DNA of 20,000 nucleotides from an uncultured virus (IMG/VR IMGVR_UViG_3300005530_000005) (taxonomy: Duplodnaviria > Heunggongvirae > Uroviricota > Caudoviricetes): IMG/VR virus record IMGVR_UViG_3300005530_000005; one strand, given 5' to 3'. Position 1 is the first letter of the stretch; every line of letters begins with the position of its first letter. Positions 6,559-15,204 of the stretch are shown here, piece after piece. The notes under the pieces were generated by a model, which was not told the DNA's origin, did no database searches, and was given only the letters and a program-made list of their open reading frames with translations. The position numbers and the translations under genes are program-made.

Positions 6559-8346
6559 ATGGTTTATCGGATAAACGGATCAAATCGTCCTTCCTTTGAT
6601 GATATGGTTCTCCTGACTACGAAAAATCCTAAAATTGATCCGCTGCTTTTTAATCTTCTGCGTAATGCTACTCCCTATCCAGATGAGGAGCCTGTAGCCA
6701 AAATCATTCTGGAGTGGGCAAAGAAGTGTGGTGTGGATATTGATAACACTGAATTTGTATGGTTTAGCGAGAAAGAGAAGAACCTTATCATCGATTTGAG
6801 AACCGATGAAACTCATACAACCATGTTCAGTGCCCATATGGATACCTGTCAGGGCACTCCGGGAATTATTAACTTGTATTTTACAACTAAGGATTGTAAG
6901 GACCCAGGAGAGGGATTTATTTATGCAGGACGTAATCAGCGCTTATACACTATGTATGATTATGAAAATCCTGCTACAGAAATTGATTTTGCCGAGGCTC
7001 TTAAGAAAGAAAAAATCTATAATTACGAATTAGATTTCGATTTCACTAAGAAGAATAAAGATAAAATTCTATGTAAAGTCGAAGAGCGCTCTCTTAATGG
7101 CCCCAATAAAGCCACAGATTTGCGTTTTTGGGCAAAGCATACACACAATAATGCCTCACCTGCTGTATTAGGAGCCGACGATAAGATCGGCTGTTATATT
7201 ATGTGTAAGCTTATGGAAGCAGGAGTTAAGGGACTTTATGTATTCCATGTCGGGGAAGAAAGGGGCTGTAAAGGTTCTGAGTATCTTGCAAAAGAATATA
7301 AGGACTATTTCACGGGGACTAAGAATGAGGGAACTTTAGCTCCTGTGAAGCGGTGTATTGCATTTGATCGTGCAGGATACAAGGACGTTATCTCCAAGCA
7401 ACGCAGAGGAAATACAAGCTCAAAAGAATTTACAGATGAACTTGCCAAAGCATTGAATGCTCATATTCCTCAAATGTCCTGGTTTAATGGGGATGTTCAG
7501 GGAGTTTATACAGATAGTGCAGAATATATGGATATTATTCCTGAATGCACTAATCTATCTGTGGGCTATTTTAATCAGCATACAGATAAAGAACACACGG
7601 ATTATGTGTGGTTGGCAAGTATTTTCCTTCCCGCAGTTTTGAAAGTTGAATGGGATAAACTTGGCACATATAGGGACCCCCAGGCCCGCCCTACGTATCA
7701 AGCCTCGACTTACTGTGGGGGGCAATATGGTACTAACACCACCTTTCGCTCGCAAAGCCCGTTCGCGCCATCACAAGTCACGTCGGCGACGTCGCTAATG
7801 ATGTGCCCGAAATGGGACCCTATGACTGGATTGATCGAAGAAGCTTCTGTTGAGGGTATGCGACGTATTATTGAGTCGTATTTGGACATCGATGCAAAGT
7901 CAGTATTCACTAAAGTTAGCATTCTGTTTGATATGGCAAAGCGTATGGACAGTTTGCAGGAGGACCTTGTATCAATCTATTCGTTTTTGGTCAGTAAAGG
8001 CTTCAATAAAGAAGATATTGCGGAATGGGTCGAGCAAACATTTGGCGGAAATAATGATCAATTTTCTAACGATCCAAATGGTGGATTTGAGAAAGATGAG
8101 CAGACTACTGTAGAGGAAATGCTCGGAGAACAGTATTGTGAAAATTGTTATTATGTTAAATCTCAGTGTAACTGTAACTTAGCTAATGATAATAGATCGC
8201 CGCAACGAGAGGATTTTCCAGATGAAGCTACATTTCAAAGTGCTATAGTTGAATATCAAATTAGGGTTTCATCCACTGGAGCAACGCCAAAGACAGTACA
8301 AGAATTGATTTCAGATGAAGACATTCGTGCAAAGTTGGAGAAATAA
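6559..8346 (+). CDS. M28/M20-clan zinc metallopeptidase with C-terminal extension
   Basis: SAHMDT, GADDK, GEE, AFDR, YTDS and SVGYFNQH metal/catalytic motifs; GGAG RBS. Confidence 0.9.
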   Translation: MVYRINGSNRPSFDDMVLLTTKNPKIDPLLFNLLRNATPYPDEEPVAKIILEWAKKCGVDIDNTEFVWFSEKEKNLIIDLRTDETHTTMFSAHMDTCQGTPGIINLYFTTKDCKDPGEGFIYAGRNQRLYTMYDYENPATEIDFAEALKKEKIYNYELDFDFTKKNKDKILCKVEERSLNGPNKATDLRFWAKHTHNNASPAVLGADDKIGCYIMCKLMEAGVKGLYVFHVGEERGCKGSEYLAKEYKDYFTGTKNEGTLAPVKRCIAFDRAGYKDVISKQRRGNTSSKEFTDELAKALNAHIPQMSWFNGDVQGVYTDSAEYMDIIPECTNLSVGYFNQHTDKEHTDYVWLASIFLPAVLKVEWDKLGTYRDPQARPTYQASTYCGGQYGTNTTFRSQSPFAPSQVTSATSLMMCPKWDPMTGLIEEASVEGMRRIIESYLDIDAKSVFTKVSILFDMAKRMDSLQEDLVSIYSFLVSKGFNKEDIAEWVEQTFGGNNDQFSNDPNGGFEKDEQTTVEEMLGEQYCENCYYVKSQCNCNLANDNRSPQREDFPDEATFQSAIVEYQIRVSSTGATPKTVQELISDEDIRAKLEK

Positions 8347-8348
8347 TT

Positions 8349-8645
8349 ATGGCTTTTACTTTTACAAATACGTCAAATGGAGATACGGTAATAATTACTG
8401 TTCCTCCAAAAGAGCCGGAAAAGATTATTGCTACGAAACCGCAATATATAACTAAAATATCAAATTTGCCGAAACTTCAGAATGTAATTATGATGGCATA
8501 CAGACGTTCTCATCCGAAACTTAAACGAACTATTCATGTAACGTTTGCTTCGGGTGTATGTCGTGTATATTTTGAAGATAGTGCGGGTAATACAGATTAT
8601 TTTAGTGTACCCGATGTTGAAAAGAGGCGCATACCAGTTAAGTAA
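8349..8645 (+). CDS. Hypothetical protein
   Basis: 98-aa ORF starting 2 nt after the peptidase stop, with GGAG upstream. Confidence 0.7.
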   Translation: MAFTFTNTSNGDTVIITVPPKEPEKIIATKPQYITKISNLPKLQNVIMMAYRRSHPKLKRTIHVTFASGVCRVYFEDSAGNTDYFSVPDVEKRRIPVK

Positions 8646-8748
8646 AAATAACACACCTATACCTCTTGAAATTTCAATTTTAATAACCATCTTAAGATAA
8701 CTGTTTTCACTCCAGGGTCATATATCTAGCACAGGAAAATTATAAAAA

Positions 8749-9237
8749 TTGAAAGAAATTAAATTATCAAAAGGGAAAGTAGCTTTAGTTGATGATGAAG
8801 ATTATGAATACCTAAATCAATATAGATGGTATGCCGAGAAAGTTATATGCTGCAAGGTTCCTAAGTACTATGCCAGACGAGAAATTAGACTTACTGATGG
8901 GACAAAAACAAAAATTATGATGCATAATGTAATTTTAGGATTTAAAGGAGTTGATCATAAAGACGGAAATAGTTTAAATAACCAAAAAGAGAATTTACGA
9001 TCTGCAACAAACTCCCAAAATAATACTAATCGTATTGTAAAAAAGATTACACAAACAGGATTTCGTGGCTGCGAAAAGAATAAAAAAGGATTTTTAGCTA
9101 AGATATCTTTTGAGGGAAAACGACATTATTTGGGTTATTTTAAAAATTTAATTGATGCGGCTAGGGCTTACAATGAGAAGGCTTCAGAGCTACATGGTGA
9201 ATTTGCAGTTTTAAATGTCATACCAGAACAACTTTAA
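8749..9237 (+). CDS. HNH homing endonuclease with AP2 domain
   Basis: VDHKDGNSLNNQKENLR HNH motif and YLGYF...AARAYN AP2 motif; TTG start. Confidence 0.92.
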   Translation: MKEIKLSKGKVALVDDEDYEYLNQYRWYAEKVICCKVPKYYARREIRLTDGTKTKIMMHNVILGFKGVDHKDGNSLNNQKENLRSATNSQNNTNRIVKKITQTGFRGCEKNKKGFLAKISFEGKRHYLGYFKNLIDAARAYNEKASELHGEFAVLNVIPEQL

Positions 9238-10018
9238 TTTAGTACAAGATTTACTGGATAATAATCCAGACCAAGTAAGGTTTGACTGCCCCGTATGTGG
9301 CCGTCATAAATCTTTAGCTATTTATAAAAATGGTTCTGATATAGCATATAATTGTTTCGGAGCTACTTGTAGCTTAAAGGGAAGACAGCGCCAGAAACTA
9401 ACGATTGAAGATATCTACAGCCGCAGAAGTAATGAACAACAAGAAAAGCAACAATATGTTCTACCAGACTACTTCTTACCGGGACTTAATCGAGAAGAAG
9501 TTCGTAGATATCTTCAATCGGTTTATTGTTTTGAGGCAACAGTCGAAGGTAAAATACAAGTAAGATACGATCCTAAACAGGATCGAGCAGTATTTTTGAT
9601 TTATGAAAATGGGAAATTAGTTAACGCAACTGGTCGAGCTTTATCTAAGGGAGTGCAACCTAAATGGTACAAATACGGGCATCAAAATCACCTGTTAGTT
9701 TGCGGAAACAAGGACCACGCTATAGTAGTCGAGGATTGTGCATCCGCAGTACGAATTTCAAAATGGGTAACAGGCATCGCTCTACTCGGAACAACTTTGG
9801 CACAATCTGGTATTGGAAAACTTAGAAAGTATAAAAAAGTGTTAATAGGACTTGATCGTGATGCATTAAAGAAAGCAATCCATATGCAACGAGAACTTGA
9901 ATTTTTTGCTGACGTATCTACAATATTTTTGGACGAAGACCTAAAAAACTTGGACGATCAGCATTGTATTGATCTTTTAGGCAAGCACATTGATTTGGAG
10001 AATGTAAATGATACGTAA
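9215..10018 (+). CDS. DNA primase (zinc finger + TOPRIM)
   Basis: CPVC...YNCF...C zinc finger, GRAL, PKWYKY, VVED, ALLGT and LDRDA motifs. Confidence 0.88.
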   Translation: MSYQNNFNLVQDLLDNNPDQVRFDCPVCGRHKSLAIYKNGSDIAYNCFGATCSLKGRQRQKLTIEDIYSRRSNEQQEKQQYVLPDYFLPGLNREEVRRYLQSVYCFEATVEGKIQVRYDPKQDRAVFLIYENGKLVNATGRALSKGVQPKWYKYGHQNHLLVCGNKDHAIVVEDCASAVRISKWVTGIALLGTTLAQSGIGKLRKYKKVLIGLDRDALKKAIHMQRELEFFADVSTIFLDEDLKNLDDQHCIDLLGKHIDLENVNDT

Positions 10019-10063
10019 TGATGGTGATTTCGCAAACACATCGCGGAATTTACGAGGGGTAAT

Positions 10064-10369
10064 ATGTTCGTAACAGATATTTGGCAAATACTGCCATTCG
10101 GGCGGCATAAAGGTAAAACCATTCGAGAAATGCTCAATCTTGATCCTAATTATCTTCTGTGGCTGCATAAGAACACAACACGATTTACTATGTGTGAGAA
10201 ACTTGTAAGGCGCGCTATTGAAGCTACTCGTAGTGGATGTGATTGCCGGGAAATTCCCTTTAATAGTAAACCGCAAAAACAGAATTATGATCGTAAAGAT
10301 ACGGCGCAAGATGTCTTTGAGAGCAGATATCAAGGCGATATGGATGGTCCATATGGGGCTATATTTTAA
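10064..10369 (+). CDS. Small FGKHKG-motif protein (DUF3820-like)
   Basis: LPFGRHKGKTI...DPNYLLWL signature; GAGGGG RBS. Confidence 0.75.
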   Translation: MFVTDIWQILPFGRHKGKTIREMLNLDPNYLLWLHKNTTRFTMCEKLVRRAIEATRSGCDCREIPFNSKPQKQNYDRKDTAQDVFESRYQGDMDGPYGAIF

Positions 10370-10473
10370 TGTTGCGACTTCTGTGTTTCTTTGGCCATCA
10401 CCCCTTTCGTATTCGTAAGATGCATTGCTCAATTTGTAAATGTTGCCGAACAATACAGGAGTACCATGTCTAA
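10369..10473 (+). CDS. 34-aa Cys/His-rich microprotein
   Basis: Manual translation MLRLLCFFGHHPFRIRKMHCSICKCCRTIQEYHV; TAATG coupling upstream and overlap downstream. Confidence 0.55.
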   Translation: MLRLLCFFGHHPFRIRKMHCSICKCCRTIQEYHV

Positions 10474-10612
10474 AAAACTATGCCCGGTGTGTAAGGGTTC
10501 CGGCATGGAAGAGATAAAAGATTGGGGTGCAGTGTATTCTAAAATCTGCCGTAGATGTAACGGCAGCGGGAAATTAGATAGAACAGATAACAGGAAGAAA
10601 GATAATGAATAA
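10466..10612 (+). CDS. DnaJ-type zinc-finger microprotein
   Basis: CPVCKGSG...CRRCNGSG; AGGAG RBS before ATG 10466. Confidence 0.75.
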   Translation: MSKKLCPVCKGSGMEEIKDWGAVYSKICRRCNGSGKLDRTDNRKKDNE

Positions 10613-10802
10613 GCAGCAACAACAAAAGACATTAGCCGAAGCTGTTTATTATTTGAATGATGCTATCATTAACTGGTCACGCTCTGGTACAACACGGTGC
10701 AAGATACCAGATCATTACAAAGAAGTATTGCCTCAGATATATGATTGGGCAGTCGCGATGGGATATAAAATTAATGGGAATTATATAGAATGGCAACTGT
10801 AA
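10605..10802 (+). CDS. Hypothetical protein
   Basis: 65-aa ORF overlapping both neighbours. Confidence 0.65.
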   Translation: MNKQQQQKTLAEAVYYLNDAIINWSRSGTTRCKIPDHYKEVLPQIYDWAVAMGYKINGNYIEWQL

Positions 10803-11125
10803 CTAAAGAAAAATTGCTTGATGATATTCGCTGGAAGCTTCATGCTTATCCAGATGAATTTGTAATTAAATCGAATCATGAATTGTTACATATTTCGGGA
10901 ATAACTATATCGCGTCCTGGTGCGTCTTTTTCTTGGACAAAGTACGATGAAAAAAGATATAATGATTGCGGAATGTCTATCGATGCAGTCTACTATCATA
11001 TGGTTGGAGAAGAATTGTGGAATGCCTGGAATGCATGTCATATCTACCTTGAAGAAAAAGCAGAACTCAAAGCCTTGAATAAAACAGTTCGTAGACTATA
11101 TAATATCAAATGGTGGCAGAAGTAA
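10790..11125 (+). CDS. Hypothetical protein
   Basis: 111-aa ORF packed within the operon. Confidence 0.7.
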   Translation: MATVTKEKLLDDIRWKLHAYPDEFVIKSNHELLHISGITISRPGASFSWTKYDEKRYNDCGMSIDAVYYHMVGEELWNAWNACHIYLEEKAELKALNKTVRRLYNIKWWQK

Positions 11126-11135
11126 AGGAATTTAA

Positions 11136-12392
11136 TTGAGTACAGAAGCATTACAGCTTCTGAAATTATCATTAAGTCATGAGTTATATGAGCAATATAA
11201 GAGCCTATTTCTGGATGAATTTTTTCCAAGGCCAATTGATAAACTCTGGAATGTAATTAAAGAAGCTCACGAAGAATACAAACGTGATGTAACCGAGGAT
11301 GAAGTCCTAGCTCTTGTGTTTGCCAAGAATGGCACTCTTACAACAGCTATGAAAAACAACCTTGGTGAGCTATTAGAAGATGTTAAGCAGCTATCAGCAA
11401 TTGGTAATGAAGTTGCCTTAGAGGTACTAAAGGCTGCGCATAAACGGGAACTCGGTCGGGCCATAATCGAGGAAAGTTATTCCTTGATTGAGGGCAGGGA
11501 TTTTGATCAATCAAAAGTTCAGACTTATATTGATCAAATATCGGATGGATGTATTTCCAAAGACCATATTGAAGAAGTTCCCACTTCAATTGAAGCTCTG
11601 CTACAAGAAATAAATAATGGAAAAGGCTGGAGTTTCAATCTAAAATATCTCCATGAAAAGATTCCTCAAGTTCGCCCCGGTGAATTTGCAGTATTTTTTG
11701 CCCGTCCTGAAATTGGCAAAACAGCATTCTGGATTAGTTTAGCTTGTGGTGCTGGTGGATGGTGTGATCAAGGGGCAAATGTTTATGCCCTCTGTAACGA
11801 AGAATTTGCCAAGCGCAATATGGCTCGTGCTGTATCCTGCGCCTCAAGTATGACATGGGATGAAATTAAAGCTAATCCCGTGGAGGCACAGAAGCGTTGG
11901 CAAGATGTGTCCAGTAAAGTCCATATGTATGACACATTGGACTGGACACTGGATGATATTGATGCATTTTGTGCTGATCGAGAAATTGATATTTTAATTA
12001 TTGATCAGCTTGATAAGTGCAGAACAAATGGACCTAAAGATCAGGCCAATCATGAAAGGCTTGGAGATATTTATACTCGTGCGCGAGAGATTGCCAAGCG
12101 TCACAATTGTTTTGTTGTGGCTATTAGTCAGGCAAGCAATGACGCACAAGGATTAGATACTATTGATTTTAGTATGCTTGAGGGATCAAAAACACGTAAA
12201 GCTGCGGAGTGTGATTATGCTATTGGTGTTGGCCATAACAGCATCATAGAGCAGTCTGGCAGTAATAATGATGTCAATTTCCGTCTTATTACTGTATCGA
12301 AGAATAAGGGTACTGGCTGGCACGGATCAGTAGCAGCTAGAATTGATCCTCTTAGGTCTAGATATTTAGATTGTGAGCAGATGGTGAAATGA
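11136..12392 (+). CDS. Replicative helicase, DnaB/SF4 family
   Basis: ARPEIGKT Walker A, NEE, IIDQLD Walker B, ISQAS and KNK motifs; TTG start after AAGGA. Confidence 0.93.
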   Translation: MSTEALQLLKLSLSHELYEQYKSLFLDEFFPRPIDKLWNVIKEAHEEYKRDVTEDEVLALVFAKNGTLTTAMKNNLGELLEDVKQLSAIGNEVALEVLKAAHKRELGRAIIEESYSLIEGRDFDQSKVQTYIDQISDGCISKDHIEEVPTSIEALLQEINNGKGWSFNLKYLHEKIPQVRPGEFAVFFARPEIGKTAFWISLACGAGGWCDQGANVYALCNEEFAKRNMARAVSCASSMTWDEIKANPVEAQKRWQDVSSKVHMYDTLDWTLDDIDAFCADREIDILIIDQLDKCRTNGPKDQANHERLGDIYTRAREIAKRHNCFVVAISQASNDAQGLDTIDFSMLEGSKTRKAAECDYAIGVGHNSIIEQSGSNNDVNFRLITVSKNKGTGWHGSVAARIDPLRSRYLDCEQMVK

Positions 12393-12886
12393 GAAGAAAA
12401 AATCAAGATGCTTATAATGCTGCCAAACGAAAGAAATACGCGGAAGATTTAGCTTATAGAAACAAAGTAAAGCAGCAAGCCAGCGATTATCATTTTTTGC
12501 ACTATTACTCGGAAAATGGAGAATATAGAAAGAAACAATTAAATAGTCATATTAAAATTAAAAAAGAATTGCCTATAGAAAAATTACTTTTCAGAAATAT
12601 TGAAGCTTCTGCTAAGAGAAGAAATATAGAATTTAATTTATCTATTGATGATATATTTGTCCCTAAAAATTGTCCTCATTGCGGCATTGAATTGAGAAAA
12701 TATATTGGAGAGAAGAGAAGAGGGCCTGATGCCTACTCTATTGATCGTATAGATAGCTCACGAGGCTATGTAAAAGGGAATATACAAGTGGTGTGCTGGC
12801 GAGCCAATCATTTAAAGAGCGACGGGACGCTGGAAGAATTTGAAAAATTAGTTGATTGGTTGAAAAATGTACAAATTAGTTCTTGA
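12389..12886 (+). CDS. HNH-type endonuclease
   Basis: CPHCG...SIDRIDSSRGYVKGNIQVVCWRANHLK; AT-rich; lies between helicase and polymerase. Confidence 0.88.
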   Translation: MRRKNQDAYNAAKRKKYAEDLAYRNKVKQQASDYHFLHYYSENGEYRKKQLNSHIKIKKELPIEKLLFRNIEASAKRRNIEFNLSIDDIFVPKNCPHCGIELRKYIGEKRRGPDAYSIDRIDSSRGYVKGNIQVVCWRANHLKSDGTLEEFEKLVDWLKNVQISS

Positions 12887-14969
12887 TATCGAAACTAGCA
12901 CGCAATGGACCGATGACGGACGCACAGATAGTACACCATATCATCCGGATAATTTCATCGTATCTGTTGGATGGCGATTATTTAATGGTGAAGGGTTTGA
13001 AGATACTGGCTACATATTTTATGATGATCTTGCTTTTAAAGATGTAATCCAGGATTGTTTAGATAGCGCAGATTTACTCATAGGACATAACCTAAAGTTC
13101 GATCTTAATTGGTTAAAACAGTGTGGATTCATGTATGACGGCCGCATTTTCGACACTATGCTGGCCGAGTATTTGTTAGCTCGCGGACAAAAGTGGCAAC
13201 TTAGTTTAGAAGCCTGTTGTAAACGACGCGGCGTGCAGGAGAAAAAATCTGATCTTATTTCGGACTATTGGAAGAAAAAGATTGGTTTTCAGGACATGCC
13301 GCGTGACTTAGTAACGGAATACGGAATTGGAGATATTGAATCTACTTTTCAGTTATATGAAGTTCATCAGGAGTTATACAAGAGAGACAGGAATAAAGGA
13401 CTTATTCCTACACTAGAAATGTCTTGTGAATTTTTAACTATGTTATTGAAAGTGGAATCCAATGGAATTTATATTAATGGTAATGCTTTACGCGTTATTG
13501 AATTGGACTATTTGGAGGAAAAGCAAAGGCTTATTCGAGAAATTGATTCTATTTGTGTTCAATTGCTCGGTGATACCCCTTATAATCTTAATTCTCCACA
13601 ACAATTGTCCGAGATTATTTATTCTCGTCGAATAGTTAATAAAAAATTATGGTGCGATACTTTTAATCTTGGTTTAGATGAAAGAGGAAAACCTTTACGT
13701 AGACCTAGATTGTCTAGTAAGGACTTAAGGAGTGAAATACTTGCTAATACTACTCAAATATATCGTACTGTTGCACATCAATGTTCCGATTGTGGCGGTA
13801 GTGGGCGCATCCATAAACTCACAAAATCTGGACATACCTACAAGAATCTCCCTAAATGCCAAAGCTGTGGCGGTTCTGGCATTATTTATGATGATACTAA
13901 GGTCATTGCTGGACTTGGATTAGGCCCTAGAAATGTGCGCGATCTAACTTCCAACGGATTTTCCACTGATAAGGAAATGTTGGAGTATTTGGCGCGGTTG
14001 CCCAAGACTTCAGAAATTGGTAAGAAACTTTTAAATGGGCTGATACGACTAAATGCTGTGGAGACATACCTTAGTAGCTTTGTTGGAGGCATCCGTAGGG
14101 CTACACGTGCTAATAAGATTTTGCATTTTAACCTCAATCAATGTGTTACCGCTACTGGTCGTCTATCGTCATCTGATCCCAATTTCCAAAATCAGCCTCG
14201 CGGACTTACTTTTCCTGTTAAGCGGTGTGTTCGCAGCAGATTTGTTGGAGGACATATTGCTGAAATTGATTTTTCCCAGTTGGAATTTCGTATTGCAGCA
14301 GAGTTAGCACAATGCAAGGTAATGGAAAAGGAAATTAAAGATGGAGTTGATGTACACAAATTCACAGCCGCTACTCTTACTAACGCTGGACAATCCACTT
14401 CAAGACAGGAGGCTAAGCCAAAAACATTCCGTCCACTTTACGGCGGGAAAAGCGGTACGCCTGCTGAGGTCGCCTATAACCGAGCATTCATGGACAAGTA
14501 TAGCGGACTACGACGGTGGCATGACGACCTACTCACTACAGCCTGTTACACACATATCATTACCTTGCCAAGCGGACGGGAGTTTCATTTCCCGAATGCC
14601 TACAGAACGCCGTCTGGTTGGGTAGATGGTGAAACACAGATAAAGAACTTCCCGGTACAAGCTACAGCAACTGCTGATATTGTACCAATTGCTTGCATTC
14701 TATTGGATAGATATTTTGAAGAACATAAAGTACAGTCTCTCATTATCAATACAGTCCATGATAGTATCATTGTTGATATTTATCCTGGCGAGGAAAACTT
14801 AGTTCTTGATTTGATGGTTAGGGCTTGTATGAATGTCAAGAAAGAGTTTTTCCGTAGATATCAATATGAGATTACAATTCCTCTTGGAGTTGAGGTTAAG
14901 ATGGGCAAGACTTGGTTGAGTATGAAGGTTGTTCGAGAAGTTGATGAAGTTAAGGAGAAATGGGAATGA
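12867..14969 (+). CDS. Family A DNA polymerase with 3'-5' exonuclease and DnaJ-type zinc-finger insert
   Basis: Exonuclease motifs LDIET, GHNLKFD, YGIGD; TATGRLSS; motif A DFSQLEFR; motif B RQEAKPKTFRPLYG; motif C TVHDS; insert CSDCGGSG...CQSCGGSG. Confidence 0.96.
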   Translation: MYKLVLDIETSTQWTDDGRTDSTPYHPDNFIVSVGWRLFNGEGFEDTGYIFYDDLAFKDVIQDCLDSADLLIGHNLKFDLNWLKQCGFMYDGRIFDTMLAEYLLARGQKWQLSLEACCKRRGVQEKKSDLISDYWKKKIGFQDMPRDLVTEYGIGDIESTFQLYEVHQELYKRDRNKGLIPTLEMSCEFLTMLLKVESNGIYINGNALRVIELDYLEEKQRLIREIDSICVQLLGDTPYNLNSPQQLSEIIYSRRIVNKKLWCDTFNLGLDERGKPLRRPRLSSKDLRSEILANTTQIYRTVAHQCSDCGGSGRIHKLTKSGHTYKNLPKCQSCGGSGIIYDDTKVIAGLGLGPRNVRDLTSNGFSTDKEMLEYLARLPKTSEIGKKLLNGLIRLNAVETYLSSFVGGIRRATRANKILHFNLNQCVTATGRLSSSDPNFQNQPRGLTFPVKRCVRSRFVGGHIAEIDFSQLEFRIAAELAQCKVMEKEIKDGVDVHKFTAATLTNAGQSTSRQEAKPKTFRPLYGGKSGTPAEVAYNRAFMDKYSGLRRWHDDLLTTACYTHIITLPSGREFHFPNAYRTPSGWVDGETQIKNFPVQATATADIVPIACILLDRYFEEHKVQSLIINTVHDSIIVDIYPGEENLVLDLMVRACMNVKKEFFRRYQYEITIPLGVEVKMGKTWLSMKVVREVDEVKEKWE

Positions 14970-15145
14970 GTAAAGAGTTTAAATGGATTGGTGTAGATTT
15001 AGTGGATCAGATTGAATGCAGATGCGGATGGAAAAGTAAATCTTATTTTGATGGTCAAGTATGGGCGTACCGGGATTGGCAGGAGCATGCAAAAAGTCAT
15101 TATTGCAAACCAGCTATGCAAAATATTAATAGCTCTACTACTTGA
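14966..15145 (+). CDS. Small putative Zn-binding protein
   Basis: ECRCGW...H...H pattern; ATGA overlap with the polymerase stop; AAGGAG upstream (start could be 14960). Confidence 0.65.
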   Translation: MSKEFKWIGVDLVDQIECRCGWKSKSYFDGQVWAYRDWQEHAKSHYCKPAMQNINSSTT

Positions 15146-15204
15146 AATTTAGAAATTAATCACTACCTATATATTATAATTACTCATATAAGGAGAAAAC
15201 ATAA

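Noticed and set aside
10391..10465. Upstream start of track ORF 10391-10612
   Set aside because: The AGGAG RBS supports ATG 10466, and another small ORF occupies 10369-10473.
13770..13880. Intein or intron in the polymerase
   Set aside because: The insert is a CxxCxGxG zinc finger without intein terminal motifs, and the frame is uninterrupted.
8665..15150. CTTGAAATTT at 8665 and 15141 as -35 elements of middle promoters
   Set aside because: Both lie at or near intergenic gaps and are suggestive, but no -10 lies at a consistent spacing, so they were not called.
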